Assembly (NCBI GenBank): GCA_965140585.1
Contig: OZ223268.1
Span: forward strand, 96,001-160,000
Reading direction: 5' to 3'
Source of the DNA: Spirochaetia bacterium
GTDB lineage: Bacteria; Spirochaetota; Spirochaetia; UBA9216
Length of the DNA: 64,000 nucleotides
The stretch's first letter is position 1, and the number at the start of each line of letters is the position of its first letter. The notes under the pieces were generated by a model. That model saw only the letters and a program-made list of their open reading frames with translations. It ran no database searches and was not told the DNA's origin. Position numbers and translations under genes: made by a program. This document shows, one piece after another, positions 28,597-38,592 of the stretch.

Positions 28597-28728
28597 TTAG
28601 AAATTATTCTGTTCGTCTTCCCGTACAGTTACAGGCGGAACTGTGCTTTCACGGCTCCAGTTGATAAGACCGTATGCAATGCAGCCAACGATCGAAAGAA
28701 ATAATAATGTGGAAGCGGCAACACCCAT
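28597..28728 (-). CDS. Second symporter small accessory-type protein (43 aa), not in the ORF track
   Basis: CAGGAG RBS; MGVAASTLLFLSIVGCIAYGLINWSRESTVPPVTVREDEQNNF*; same CxxYGxxxW motif as 28260-28454. Confidence 0.65.
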   Translation of the reverse strand: MGVAASTLLFLSIVGCIAYGLINWSRESTVPPVTVREDEQNNF

Positions 28729-28833
28729 AATGAAATCTCCTGTAATATTGTTATATTAATATCCTCGTCAGTATATCACATAACATTTAATTATCCAATT
28801 AATTGAATGTTAATTTTGTAAATAGCACATCAA

Positions 28834-29088
28834 TCAGCGTTCACCTGACCTTCTGCGTTCATGATCGGGTAAATTACTGTCTTCCATGCTGTTTTTTGAG
28901 CGTTTAATGGTTTTATACAGACCTTTCGCAATAAGAGCTTCATACGTACCCGCAGACATAAGGATATTTATATCATCCAGAAGCTCTGTATCTCCGGATG
29001 CATGAAGTTCATTCAGGGCATCCATCATTCTTTTGTTCGTAGCTGAGAAAACCCGTCTTGCATCAAGTGATTTATCCATCAGCCCCAT
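28834..29088 (-). CDS. Hypothetical protein (84 aa)
   Basis: GGGGG RBS; fills the gap after the aminotransferase in the same orientation. Confidence 0.6.
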   Translation of the reverse strand: MGLMDKSLDARRVFSATNKRMMDALNELHASGDTELLDDINILMSAGTYEALIAKGLYKTIKRSKNSMEDSNLPDHERRRSGER

Positions 29089-29133
29089 AACTACCCCCTT
29101 CTACCCATAAGGGACACGTCCTGACGGACATGA

Positions 29134-30312
29134 TTAGAACAGTTCGAAAGCCTTTCTGAATCCCGGCATTGATCCCTCTATTACCTTATCGGCAACACAG
29201 AAAGCAATCCTGAAATATCCCGGCGCAGCAAAGCCTTTACCCGGTACTACAAGTATACGCTCTTTCTGAAGAGTATCAACAAAGGCTGAATCATCTCCGC
29301 CGGGGGCTTTTGGAAAAAGATAGAATGTTCCGGCAGGCTTATGAAAGTCATAACCGATATCAGACAGCCCGTCACAGAGCATATCCCGCTTTCTTTTGTA
29401 CTCATTCATATCAACACTCTCGCCCTGCATCTCGCCGACAATCCGCTGCATTAGAGCCGGAGCATTAACAAAGCCGATAATTCTGTTGCACAGCGTTACT
29501 GCGTTTACAAGATTATTGTAGTCATCTGCGGCAGGATTAATTGCGGCATAACCTATACGTTCACCGGGAATGGAAAGATCCTTCGAATATGAAGTCACAA
29601 CAACAGTGTTTCTGTAGATCGGAAACATTGCAGGAACAACAGCTCCATCAAAAACTATCTTCCGGTACGGCTCATCACAGACAATATAGATTCTGCGACC
29701 GGTTTTTGCTGCAGACCGTTCAAGCATGGCCGCAAACTTCTTTAGATTTTCTTCAGAATAGATTGTACCTGTGGGATTATGGGGAGAATTAAGAATAACT
29801 GCAGCAACATCGGGTCCCATGGCCTTCTCAAAGGCATCAATATCAAGTTCAAAGCCCTCTGCCGGTTCAATTATTTCAAGCTTTCCGCCGTGATTGTCTG
29901 CATAAAACTTGTATTCCATAAAGCATGGAGCACTTACAAGAACACGATCGCCATAATTAATAATTGATTTCAGAACGGCATTCATAGCACCGCCCGCGCC
30001 GCTGGTCATAATAATTCCGGAAGCATCAACTGCCGTATTCTGCTCTTTGGATACCCATTCCGCTATTGATTTTCTTACATCGGGATAGCCTGCATTTGGC
30101 ATATATCCGTGTTTACCTGGAATCTCTGCATCAGCATATTTTTTCAGAATCTCTGCAAATTTTACCGGCGGTTCAATATTGGGGTTACCTATACTGAAAT
30201 CATATACATTGTCCTCACCATATTCAGCCTTAAGCTGTGTACCTGCCTCAAACATCTTCCTTACCAGTGAAGACCCTTTTAACATTTCAAGTATGTGTGC
30301 TGATACTGCCAT
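29134..30312 (-). CDS. Class I PLP-dependent aminotransferase (aspartate/aromatic type)
   Basis: FSIGNP, NSPHNPTG, DEPY and SYSKDLSIPGERIG motifs. Confidence 0.93.
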   Translation of the reverse strand: MAVSAHILEMLKGSSLVRKMFEAGTQLKAEYGEDNVYDFSIGNPNIEPPVKFAEILKKYADAEIPGKHGYMPNAGYPDVRKSIAEWVSKEQNTAVDASGIIMTSGAGGAMNAVLKSIINYGDRVLVSAPCFMEYKFYADNHGGKLEIIEPAEGFELDIDAFEKAMGPDVAAVILNSPHNPTGTIYSEENLKKFAAMLERSAAKTGRRIYIVCDEPYRKIVFDGAVVPAMFPIYRNTVVVTSYSKDLSIPGERIGYAAINPAADDYNNLVNAVTLCNRIIGFVNAPALMQRIVGEMQGESVDMNEYKRKRDMLCDGLSDIGYDFHKPAGTFYLFPKAPGGDDSAFVDTLQKERILVVPGKGFAAPGYFRIAFCVADKVIEGSMPGFRKAFELF

Positions 30313-30434
30313 TCTTTATTCTCCCGATTCTTCAATAATATTGATGATAAAATACCGCAATCGGCTGGTTGTTGCAACTGGTATATTGACAGACTGACTC
30401 AATAGGCTTAAATTATACTAAAGAGGTTTAAGTA

Positions 30435-31013
30435 TTGATTAAGAAGAACGCAGAATTCGGCAACAAGCTCAGGCTTGTGCGTGAAAGGAAAAACATGACG
30501 CTCAAGGACGTAGCAGGACAGGCCGGAGTAAGTGAAAGCCTGGTCAGCCAGATAGAGCGCAACCGGGTTTCACCATCAATCGACACTCTGATTGCCATAG
30601 CAGATGTTCTTAACCTTGATCTGGAATACCTGTTCAGGGATCTCAAGAACAACAGTGCTGTTTCAATAGTTAAACCGCAGGACAGGAATGTCATGATAAT
30701 CAAGGGTGTTGAATACCAGCAGCTTTCCTTCATCCCGGACTCGGATATCAATCCATCGGTAGAAGCCTTTCTGCTTGATATACCTCCCGGAAAGGAAAAG
30801 GGTGATCTGGAGTTCGGACATCCGGGAAGAGAGATGGGAACAATAACCGAAGGCCGTGGTGAGCTTATATATGGAACATCGACATACCAGCTTGAAACAG
30901 GTGACACGGTATCATATTCATCAGACATTCCTCACATTATTAGAAACAACGGAAACGAGCCCCTCAAGGCGATGTGGATCATCACCCCGGGCCGTATATT
31001 TACGGAAAATTAA
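30435..31013 (+). CDS. XRE-family HTH + cupin transcriptional regulator
   Basis: TLKDVA...SLVSQIERNRVSPS HTH; cupin HPGREM...GDTV...PH. Confidence 0.9.
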   Translation: MIKKNAEFGNKLRLVRERKNMTLKDVAGQAGVSESLVSQIERNRVSPSIDTLIAIADVLNLDLEYLFRDLKNNSAVSIVKPQDRNVMIIKGVEYQQLSFIPDSDINPSVEAFLLDIPPGKEKGDLEFGHPGREMGTITEGRGELIYGTSTYQLETGDTVSYSSDIPHIIRNNGNEPLKAMWIITPGRIFTEN

Positions 31014-31028
31014 TTTAAGGAGCCGGAT

Positions 31029-32309
31029 ATGGGTAAAACAACAGCTGAAAAGATTTTTGACTCCCACAGGATAGACTCTCCGTCAGAAGGGATCGAGGTA
31101 ATTAAGCTCGACAGGGTTTTCTGCCACGAAATAACAACCCCTACTGCCATTGTCGATCTTATGGAAAGGGGTAAGGACAGGGTCTTTGATTCTTCAAAAA
31201 TCAAGGCGGTAATCGATCATGTAACGCCAGCAAAGGATTCTCTTACTGCAACACAGGGAAAGGTTCTAAGAGACTGGGCAAGACGTCACGATATCAAGGA
31301 TTTCTTTGATGTAGGAAGAAACGGTGTATGTCATGCTATATTCCCGGAAAAGGGATTTGTAAGACCGGGATTTACCATTATAATGGGCGATTCACACACC
31401 TGTACACACGGAGCCTTCGGAGCCTTTGCTGCAGGTGTAGGTACTACCGACCTTGAAGTTGGTATTCTCAAAGGGATATGCGCCTTCAAATCCCCGAAGA
31501 CCATGAAGATAAATGTAACAGGAAAACTGCCTGAAGGAGTTTACCCCAAGGACATAATCCTTAGCATTATCGGTAAAATCGGGACAGATGGGGCAACAAA
31601 CCATGTTGTAGAGTTTGCCGGACCAGTAATCGAGGAAATGAGCATGGAAGGCAGAATGACTGTCTGCAACATGGCTGTTGAAGCCGGTGCAACATGCGGC
31701 ATCTGCTACCCGGACAGCACAACGGTTGACTATCTCTGGCCCTTCATCAGCTCAGAATATGCAACAAAAGAGGAGGCACTCAAGGATTACTCACAGTGGC
31801 TGCCTGATTCCGATGCCGAATATGCCCAGGTAATTGAGCTTGATGCTGACAGCCTTAAGCCAGTTTCTACATTTGGATACAAGCCCGACCAGATAAAGAA
31901 TGTTGAAGATATGGGTGATGTTAAAGTTGACCAGGTTTACATCGGCTCCTGTACAAACGGAAGAATCGAAGATCTTCGTGCAGCTGCCGCCGTGCTCAGA
32001 GGAAAGAAGATTGCAGACAGTCTCAGAGTTATAGTTTCTCCTGCTACTCCGGACATCTACAAGCAGGCACTTTCAGAAGGCCTCATTGATGTATTCATGG
32101 ATTCAGGCTGCTGTCTTACAAACCCGACCTGCGGTGCATGTCTGGGAATGAGTAATGGAGTTCTTGCCGCTGATGAGGTCTGTGTTTCTACTACAAACCG
32201 TAACTTCAACGGTAGAATGGGAAAGGGTGGAATGGTCCACCTGGTAAGCCCCGAAACAGCAGCAGCAACAGCCGTTAAAGGCTATCTGACTACAGCGGAC
32301 AGACTTTAA
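31029..32309 (+). CDS. leuC: 3-isopropylmalate dehydratase large subunit (LeuC/HacA type 2)
   Basis: DSHTCTHGA, GSCTNGR, CGACLG and STTNRNFNGRMG motifs. Confidence 0.9.
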   Translation: MGKTTAEKIFDSHRIDSPSEGIEVIKLDRVFCHEITTPTAIVDLMERGKDRVFDSSKIKAVIDHVTPAKDSLTATQGKVLRDWARRHDIKDFFDVGRNGVCHAIFPEKGFVRPGFTIIMGDSHTCTHGAFGAFAAGVGTTDLEVGILKGICAFKSPKTMKINVTGKLPEGVYPKDIILSIIGKIGTDGATNHVVEFAGPVIEEMSMEGRMTVCNMAVEAGATCGICYPDSTTVDYLWPFISSEYATKEEALKDYSQWLPDSDAEYAQVIELDADSLKPVSTFGYKPDQIKNVEDMGDVKVDQVYIGSCTNGRIEDLRAAAAVLRGKKIADSLRVIVSPATPDIYKQALSEGLIDVFMDSGCCLTNPTCGACLGMSNGVLAADEVCVSTTNRNFNGRMGKGGMVHLVSPETAAATAVKGYLTTADRL

Positions 32310-32319
32310 GGAGTAAGGA

Positions 32320-32844
32320 ATGAAGAATTTTTCAGGAAAAGCACTGTTCATCGACAGAAGCGATATAAATACAGACGAGATTATCCCGGCAAAATACCTG
32401 ACCGAGATTGAAAAAAAGGCTATGGGTCCTCACCTGCTCGAAGATCTCAAGCTTGACGGCTTTGATCCCAATAAAGATCTTGATGGTATAGAGGTAATTA
32501 TTACAAGAAACAACTTCGGCTGTGGTTCGTCCCGTGAGCATGCTCCCTGGGCACTTGAAGCCAGAGGAATAAATCTTGTAGCGGCTGCGGGTTTTGCAAG
32601 AATTTTCCGTCAGAACATGTACAACTGCGGAATGATGGCCGTAAACCTTCCAGAATCTGTAATAGATGAGCTTTTTGCAGAATTCGCAGGAAAAGAAACT
32701 GAAGTATCAACTGACTTCGAAGCCAGAAAAATGATAGTAAAGTCAGGCAGTATTGAGAAGATGGTTGAATTCAGTATTTCAGGATATGATGAATCACTGG
32801 TTAAAGCAGGTGGCTGGGTAGAATACGCGGACAGTAACTACTGA
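32320..32844 (+). CDS. leuD: 3-isopropylmalate dehydratase small subunit
   Basis: DINTDEIIPAKYL, NFGCGSSREHA and FARIFRQN motifs. Confidence 0.9.
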   Translation: MKNFSGKALFIDRSDINTDEIIPAKYLTEIEKKAMGPHLLEDLKLDGFDPNKDLDGIEVIITRNNFGCGSSREHAPWALEARGINLVAAAGFARIFRQNMYNCGMMAVNLPESVIDELFAEFAGKETEVSTDFEARKMIVKSGSIEKMVEFSISGYDESLVKAGGWVEYADSNY

Positions 32845-32879
32845 ACCGGTATCCACCCTGCCGCAGCTTGATTTGACTG

Positions 32880-33194
32880 CTATTGGATAAGACTGAGGAG
32901 CTCGCCTACTGCGGGCTCTTTTTCTTTTACACCTGTTTTTCTGACGGCTTTCCGGATGATAGTTTCCCACTGTTTCTCAGGTATATCTTCCATCATATTT
33001 TCAAGCAGATCCGGAATTCGGTCATCAATTGCAATATTGTAAATTTTAGTTTCATCGAAGAAAAAGAATGAATGGAGCTCATTTATATAATCTCCAACAC
33101 TCATTTCCGCTCTGTCACCTTTCTGCAGTCGCTCTTCTTTTTTAATTGCTTTCTTGATATCTCTTTCTTTTCGTGCAAGATCAGTACGTTTCAT
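32880..33194 (-). CDS. Hypothetical protein (104 aa)
   Basis: AGGGG RBS; charged helical sequence. Confidence 0.7.
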   Translation of the reverse strand: MKRTDLARKERDIKKAIKKEERLQKGDRAEMSVGDYINELHSFFFFDETKIYNIAIDDRIPDLLENMMEDIPEKQWETIIRKAVRKTGVKEKEPAVGELLSLIQ

Positions 33195-33443
33195 GACTTT
33201 CCCCTGTTCCTGAGAGATATGTGGTCATTCTGCTTTCGATATAATATAACTGAAAAAACGATGATCGGCAAGTATGATAAAGTCTTCGACTTTATCATTT
33301 GAGTTAAGTAAACGGATTCTCCATTTACTTAACTCCGGGTATCAACAGCAAGAACTTTATACTTTTGCGCCCGCGTATTCTTATTCGCGTTATTTTAACA
33401 GTGAGCTAACCCATTTCTAATAAATGAAGCCTAAATATAAATA

Positions 33444-34655
33444 GTGGAAAATATAGATTCTGTTTGTGATTATGGAAATGCAAATCAACAGCTTTCACGT
33501 TTATATGATAACGCGGAATTGTATTCCATATCCAAAACTTCACCGGTTATAATTTTCAGTGATCTTCATATTGGAAACGGCGGTAAAAACGACGATTTCA
33601 AGAAGAATTCAGAACTTTTTACTGATGCACTGAAATCTTTTTACAGTAAAAACGGCTATACACTGGTACTCAACGGCGACATTGAGGAGCTGCAGAAGTT
33701 CCGCATTGACCAGATTAGAAAACAATGGTTGGGACTGTACGAAGTCTTCGACAGTTTCGCCGAAGACAACAGGCTTATAAAACTGACCGGTAACCATGAT
33801 GACATGCTTGAATCGGGACTTATAGACAACCGCTACGGTTCAAGGCAGGCGGCAAAATTGAAAATCGACGGAATCCGCAATCCGCTGTTTATCTTCCATG
33901 GACATCAGGCTTCATGGTATTACCAGCATATGAACAAGCTGAATGAAATTCTGCTGCGCTACATTGTAAACCCGTCGGGAATTGGAAATATTTCGAAGAA
34001 ATACGATTATGCAAGAAGGATGAGACTCGAAAAACGGATATACGATTTCTCCAAGGAAAACAAGCTGATATCGATAATCGGTCACACTCACAGACCTCTT
34101 TTTGAATCTCTTTCAAGGGTAGATTCATTGAGGTTTATGATTGAAAGCCTCCTGCGGGCTTATCGAAATGCTCCCTTGGGAAAGAGGACCGAAATAGCAG
34201 CAAGAATACACCAGCTTAAGCATAACTTTGATGTATGCTCCGGAAAAAACAGGAACAGCGAACCTGTAACACGGCTGTACAGCGGTGAGATTCCTGTTCC
34301 GTGCATGTTCAACAGCGGATGTGCAATCGGCAAGCGTGGAATCACAGGTATTGAAATAAACGAAGGGCGTATATCACTGGTACACTGGTTTGACAGCAGG
34401 GTCAGCAACCGATTTATTCTTTCATCTGAAATGAAACCCAAGAAGCTGTCTGCAAACTCACCGCTTTACCGGGTGGTGCTTCGGGAAGACAGCCTCCATT
34501 ATATCAATGATTCCATCCAGATTCTCGGAGGAAAACCAGGCAGCGAAGATGTTATCATTGAAAAACCCGCTTCAGTATTCTCAGAAAATGAAATTTTTTC
34601 TGATATTTCAGACATTTCTGTTTATTCTAAACAAAACCTAACACTCCGCTATTAA
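33444..34655 (+). CDS. Calcineurin-like metallophosphoesterase
   Basis: SDLH, NGD, GNHD, HGH and GHTH motifs. Confidence 0.88.
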   Translation: MENIDSVCDYGNANQQLSRLYDNAELYSISKTSPVIIFSDLHIGNGGKNDDFKKNSELFTDALKSFYSKNGYTLVLNGDIEELQKFRIDQIRKQWLGLYEVFDSFAEDNRLIKLTGNHDDMLESGLIDNRYGSRQAAKLKIDGIRNPLFIFHGHQASWYYQHMNKLNEILLRYIVNPSGIGNISKKYDYARRMRLEKRIYDFSKENKLISIIGHTHRPLFESLSRVDSLRFMIESLLRAYRNAPLGKRTEIAARIHQLKHNFDVCSGKNRNSEPVTRLYSGEIPVPCMFNSGCAIGKRGITGIEINEGRISLVHWFDSRVSNRFILSSEMKPKKLSANSPLYRVVLREDSLHYINDSIQILGGKPGSEDVIIEKPASVFSENEIFSDISDISVYSKQNLTLRY

Positions 34656-34667
34656 CATGTATTTCCT

Positions 34668-35012
34668 ATGGAAATACAGCATAAAAAATTCAGGGATATA
34701 CACATACTCTTCCTCTCGGGAGAGCTTGATCTCTACAATGCTACAAGTCTAGAAAAACTCTTTACTAATCTCATTAAAAAAGAAGTAAAAAATATAATAT
34801 TGGATTTTGAAAACATTAACTATATTGATTCCAGCGGTATAGGAGTGCTGCTTAAATTAAAAAGTCTGTCATCAGAAAGTTCAGTTTTATTCTCATTGTC
34901 AAATGTAACCGGCGAAGTTCTAAATGTTCTAAAATTAACAAACCTGATTCAGTTTTTTGAGATTGCCGATAACTACGAAACGGCAATACGGAAAGCAATT
35001 AATGGAGCATAA
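34668..35012 (+). CDS. STAS anti-anti-sigma factor
   Basis: LSGELDLYN and YIDSSGIGVL (phosphoacceptor Ser present). Confidence 0.92.
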   Translation: MEIQHKKFRDIHILFLSGELDLYNATSLEKLFTNLIKKEVKNIILDFENINYIDSSGIGVLLKLKSLSSESSVLFSLSNVTGEVLNVLKLTNLIQFFEIADNYETAIRKAINGA

Positions 35013-35014
35013 TA

Positions 35015-36901
35015 ATGACTGTTCAGAAAACCAGACAGACCTTAATTAAAGCAGGATTCATACTGCAGAAAGCCCATCCTCCAAAGGTTTACGGAATGGG
35101 GATAGGCAAAATAGCCTCAATCTTCCATTTTACCCTGGAGGATACTCCTATTGTAGAGCTGGCGGATCGAATGGAACAGGAACAGGAAGTCCAGGCCGTC
35201 GGGGTGATCAACCGGAACGGAAAAGCCGTGGGAATCATCACAAGAAAGGATCTTTTCGGAATGCTGAGTAGGCCTTACGGCAGGGATGTACTCCGAAAAA
35301 AAAGCATCGGCAGCATTGCCCTTAAAACTGATTTTTTCAATTACAACGACAATATCTTTACGGTTTCAGATGAGATAGAAGAAAAAGTTAACAGCAATGA
35401 CCAGTACTACTTTCTTCTAACAGATGACAACGGCGGATACTGCGGTATTTTCTCCGGAAAGGATATGCTTGTTTTCCTTGCAGACATAACAAAACAGGAC
35501 ATTGCTCTCTCAAGAAAAATTCAGACACGAATTGTTAAGGAAGAAGACGAGTACAGCGGTAAAGGATATTCTATAACCGCCAGCTCAGTGATGGCTAAGG
35601 GTATCGGGGGAGATTTCTATTCTGTAAAGAAGATCTCCGACTCGCTTCACCTGCTGATACTCTGTGACGTGTCGGGAAAGGGCATGGCCGCATCACTGCT
35701 GAGTTCACTGCTCTCCGGCTTTTTTAACACCTACCCTATCAGTACCGATCTTCCCGGAATGATTTACGATCTTAACCAGCAGCTGACAAAAAGCTTTGAA
35801 GGCGAAAAGTTTGTTACAGGTGTATTCTGCCTTTATAACTCTGATACGGGTTCGATTGAAATTGCAGATATGGGTCACACTCATTATCTGCACATCAGTG
35901 AAAGCCGACTCAGAAAGTTAAGCAACTCGGCAGTAAATATTCCAATGGGCGTATCATCCGAGCTCGAAGTCCAGACTTATAAAATCACACTTAGAAACAG
36001 CGACTGCTTTATGATAATGACCGATGGTATTCTTGAGCAGAAAAACGCCGAAGGAGAAGTCTTCGATTACGACCGAATTAAACACTCATTAAGCGATCAC
36101 CGGAAAGTCAGTGCAAAAGGGCTTAGAGCCAGACTCCTGGCCGATTTTGACCGATTCAGGGGCAACAGTGCCAGACAGGATGATGTGACATTTCTGCTTT
36201 TAAAGCATTCACCCGAGATCAGCAGCAAAACAGATCTTGCCGCATCATCATCTTTGAGTGGAAATAGAATTGAAGATAAAATTAAGTGGTCCATAGAAAC
36301 AGGCAAGCCGATACAGATACGCTCCTCAAGATATCTGCCGGAAGATCGTGATTTTATCGATACGGTTCTGGACCGATATCTGAATGAAGCAGGCATCAAG
36401 TTTCTAATGAATAAAATTTCCTACTGTGTCCATGAACTGGCTACTAATGCCAAAAAAGCAAATACAAAACGTGTATTTTTCAAACTTAAAGGTCTCGATA
36501 TCAACAATATCAAACATTATCAGCTGGGAATGAAGGACTTCAAGAATGAAACAATCCGTGAAATTGATTATTTTCTTGATCAGCAGAAAAAGCAGGGCTT
36601 TTTCATCGTAATAATGCTGCATCTTACAAAATCACATCTTAAGATATCAGTTACAAATAATGCCGAGATGACCTCAGAAGAAAAACTCAGGGTAAAACAT
36701 AAACTTGAAATTGCCGGTAAATCATCTTCAATCACCGAGATATACGACAAAATTGAAGATTACTCGGAAGGAGCCGGACTTGGAATTGTGATGATGAGCC
36801 AGATGCTGAGGTCTATGGGCCTTGGACCTGATGTTCTAAGCATAAGCTCAGAAAACGGACTCACTGTTTCATCAATCAATATTGAACTCAGGACACATTA
36901 A
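35015..36901 (+). CDS. CBS + SpoIIE/PP2C phosphatase + HATPase-like fusion protein
   Basis: CBS VGIITRKDL; PP2C GGDFY, DVSGKG, TDG and DDVT; C-terminal HELATNA...EGAGLG. Confidence 0.82.
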   Translation: MTVQKTRQTLIKAGFILQKAHPPKVYGMGIGKIASIFHFTLEDTPIVELADRMEQEQEVQAVGVINRNGKAVGIITRKDLFGMLSRPYGRDVLRKKSIGSIALKTDFFNYNDNIFTVSDEIEEKVNSNDQYYFLLTDDNGGYCGIFSGKDMLVFLADITKQDIALSRKIQTRIVKEEDEYSGKGYSITASSVMAKGIGGDFYSVKKISDSLHLLILCDVSGKGMAASLLSSLLSGFFNTYPISTDLPGMIYDLNQQLTKSFEGEKFVTGVFCLYNSDTGSIEIADMGHTHYLHISESRLRKLSNSAVNIPMGVSSELEVQTYKITLRNSDCFMIMTDGILEQKNAEGEVFDYDRIKHSLSDHRKVSAKGLRARLLADFDRFRGNSARQDDVTFLLLKHSPEISSKTDLAASSSLSGNRIEDKIKWSIETGKPIQIRSSRYLPEDRDFIDTVLDRYLNEAGIKFLMNKISYCVHELATNAKKANTKRVFFKLKGLDINNIKHYQLGMKDFKNETIREIDYFLDQQKKQGFFIVIMLHLTKSHLKISVTNNAEMTSEEKLRVKHKLEIAGKSSSITEIYDKIEDYSEGAGLGIVMMSQMLRSMGLGPDVLSISSENGLTVSSINIELRTH

Positions 36902-36902
36902 T

Positions 36903-36937
36903 AAAAAAGAGTCTGTCATTCGACAGACTCCCTTTTT
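36903..36937. terminator. Bidirectional intrinsic terminator
   Basis: A-run, GAGTCTGTC-ATTC-GACAGACTC, T-run, between convergent genes. Confidence 0.8.
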
Positions 36938-36956
36938 ACGTGGTTGTTTCTGATTT

Positions 36957-37307
36957 TTAAAGAAGACTCTCGTCAATGATCTTCTTTAACTGGGCTTCCG
37001 GAAGAGCACCTGCAGCCATCTGAGGCTGACCTTCCATCGGGATAAATAGAAGTGAGGGAATACTCTGAATACCAAATGCACCGGCAAGTTCAGGTTCATC
37101 CTCGGTATTAACCTTGTAGAAAGCTACCTTTCCATCATAATCCTTTGAAAGTTTTTCAATGGTAGGGGCAAGCATTTTACAGGGCATGCACCAGTCTGCA
37201 TAGAAGTCTACTACTGCGGGAACTCCGCCCTCATATTTCCATTCTTTATTATTCTCATAATCAAAAACCTTGGTTTTGAATTCTGCGGATGTTAAATGTT
37301 CAGCCAT
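36957..37307 (-). CDS. trxA: Thioredoxin
   Basis: VDFYADWCMPCK and cis-Pro SIP motifs. Confidence 0.92.
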   Translation of the reverse strand: MAEHLTSAEFKTKVFDYENNKEWKYEGGVPAVVDFYADWCMPCKMLAPTIEKLSKDYDGKVAFYKVNTEDEPELAGAFGIQSIPSLLFIPMEGQPQMAAGALPEAQLKKIIDESLL

Positions 37308-37444
37308 AATGGGCCTCCTTTATATTTTCTCTATATATAGAATAACTAATATTTAGACAGAGGTCAACACAAATCGATATTTTTTAATTCATATTAATAT
37401 CTACCGCTATTATAAATATAGTATCTGCCGCCCTTCAAAATCCA

Positions 37445-38461
37445 CTAAAAAATCTGTATTTCAGCATTTTCTTTCAGTTCTGCAGTGAAAGTGCGTACTT
37501 TGTTATTCAGTTTCTCGTTGTTCAGATAATATTCAATGCTTTCCTGTACATCTTCATATGATGCGGTGGTTTCTTCTGTCCGGTCTGTAAGAAGAATAAT
37601 ATGGTAGCCGAACTGCGTTCTGACCGGCTGACTCAGCTCTCCTACTTCAAGCTGAAGCACTGCCTGTTCAAAAGGAGGTACCATGTCGCCCTTTCTGAAG
37701 ACTCCAAGCTCCCCGCCTCTTACGTTGCTAGGGCCTTGCGAAAATTCCTTTGCCATTTCAGCAAAATCTTCACCATTAACAATTCTTTCACGTATGCCGG
37801 TAATCTTCTCTTTTACAGCCTGGACCTCTTCTTCAGAAGCGTCCTCATCTATCAGAAGCAGGATGTGGCTGGCCTGGAAGGTTTCCTCCTGAATAAAGTA
37901 ATCAGGATTGTTATTGTAGAAATCTTCCTTTTCAGATTCCGGAATCTCAATACCGGCCTGAAATTCGGCAATAACAAAATCACGTACGACGTAATACCGT
38001 TTTGTATCAGTACGAAGCTGTTCCATATCTGTACCGCTTTGTACCAGCATAGCTTCAAGAGCCTCTAGGCCTCCGTAATTCATTGAAAGATCATTAATGT
38101 ACTGTTCAACTTCTGCCTCATCAGCAACGTATCCCTTTTCAACTGCAGCCTGAAAAAGCAGCTCACGGCTTATCAGCGTGTCTAAAGAGTTCATACTCAT
38201 CTGTTCAATCATGGCGGAATCGGGGTACTGACCTCTGGACATCATTTCCTGGTAGGCTATCTGTATTTCCCTGTTGAGACTGTTCTCAGAAATAGCAACG
38301 CCATTGACGGAGGCGACGTTTTTTTCAGCTTCAGCTTGAGCTGCAGTGTCAGCTGCCGCTTCCGGATCTGCATCTGCAGCAGTATCCTGAGCTGTAACAG
38401 CCTGCAGGGGTATTAAAAATGCAATTAAGACAAATAAATGTAGTAGATTTTTTCTGTTCAA
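37445..38461 (-). CDS. Exported PpiC-type peptidylprolyl isomerase (SurA/PrsA-like)
   Basis: Signal peptide; ASHIL, GGELG, MVPPFE and TQFGYHII motifs. Confidence 0.92.
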   Translation of the reverse strand: MNRKNLLHLFVLIAFLIPLQAVTAQDTAADADPEAAADTAAQAEAEKNVASVNGVAISENSLNREIQIAYQEMMSRGQYPDSAMIEQMSMNSLDTLISRELLFQAAVEKGYVADEAEVEQYINDLSMNYGGLEALEAMLVQSGTDMEQLRTDTKRYYVVRDFVIAEFQAGIEIPESEKEDFYNNNPDYFIQEETFQASHILLLIDEDASEEEVQAVKEKITGIRERIVNGEDFAEMAKEFSQGPSNVRGGELGVFRKGDMVPPFEQAVLQLEVGELSQPVRTQFGYHIILLTDRTEETTASYEDVQESIEYYLNNEKLNNKVRTFTAELKENAEIQIF

Positions 38462-38592
38462 ATTATGCTCCTGTTCGTATGGCTACAGCATATCCCATCA
38501 CCCTTCTGATGTCCATTAGAATTGTGCTAATCGTGCGAAGTCTGAACAAATGTGTTTGAAATCAAATATATGTTCGTGATATGCTTCTTCGT

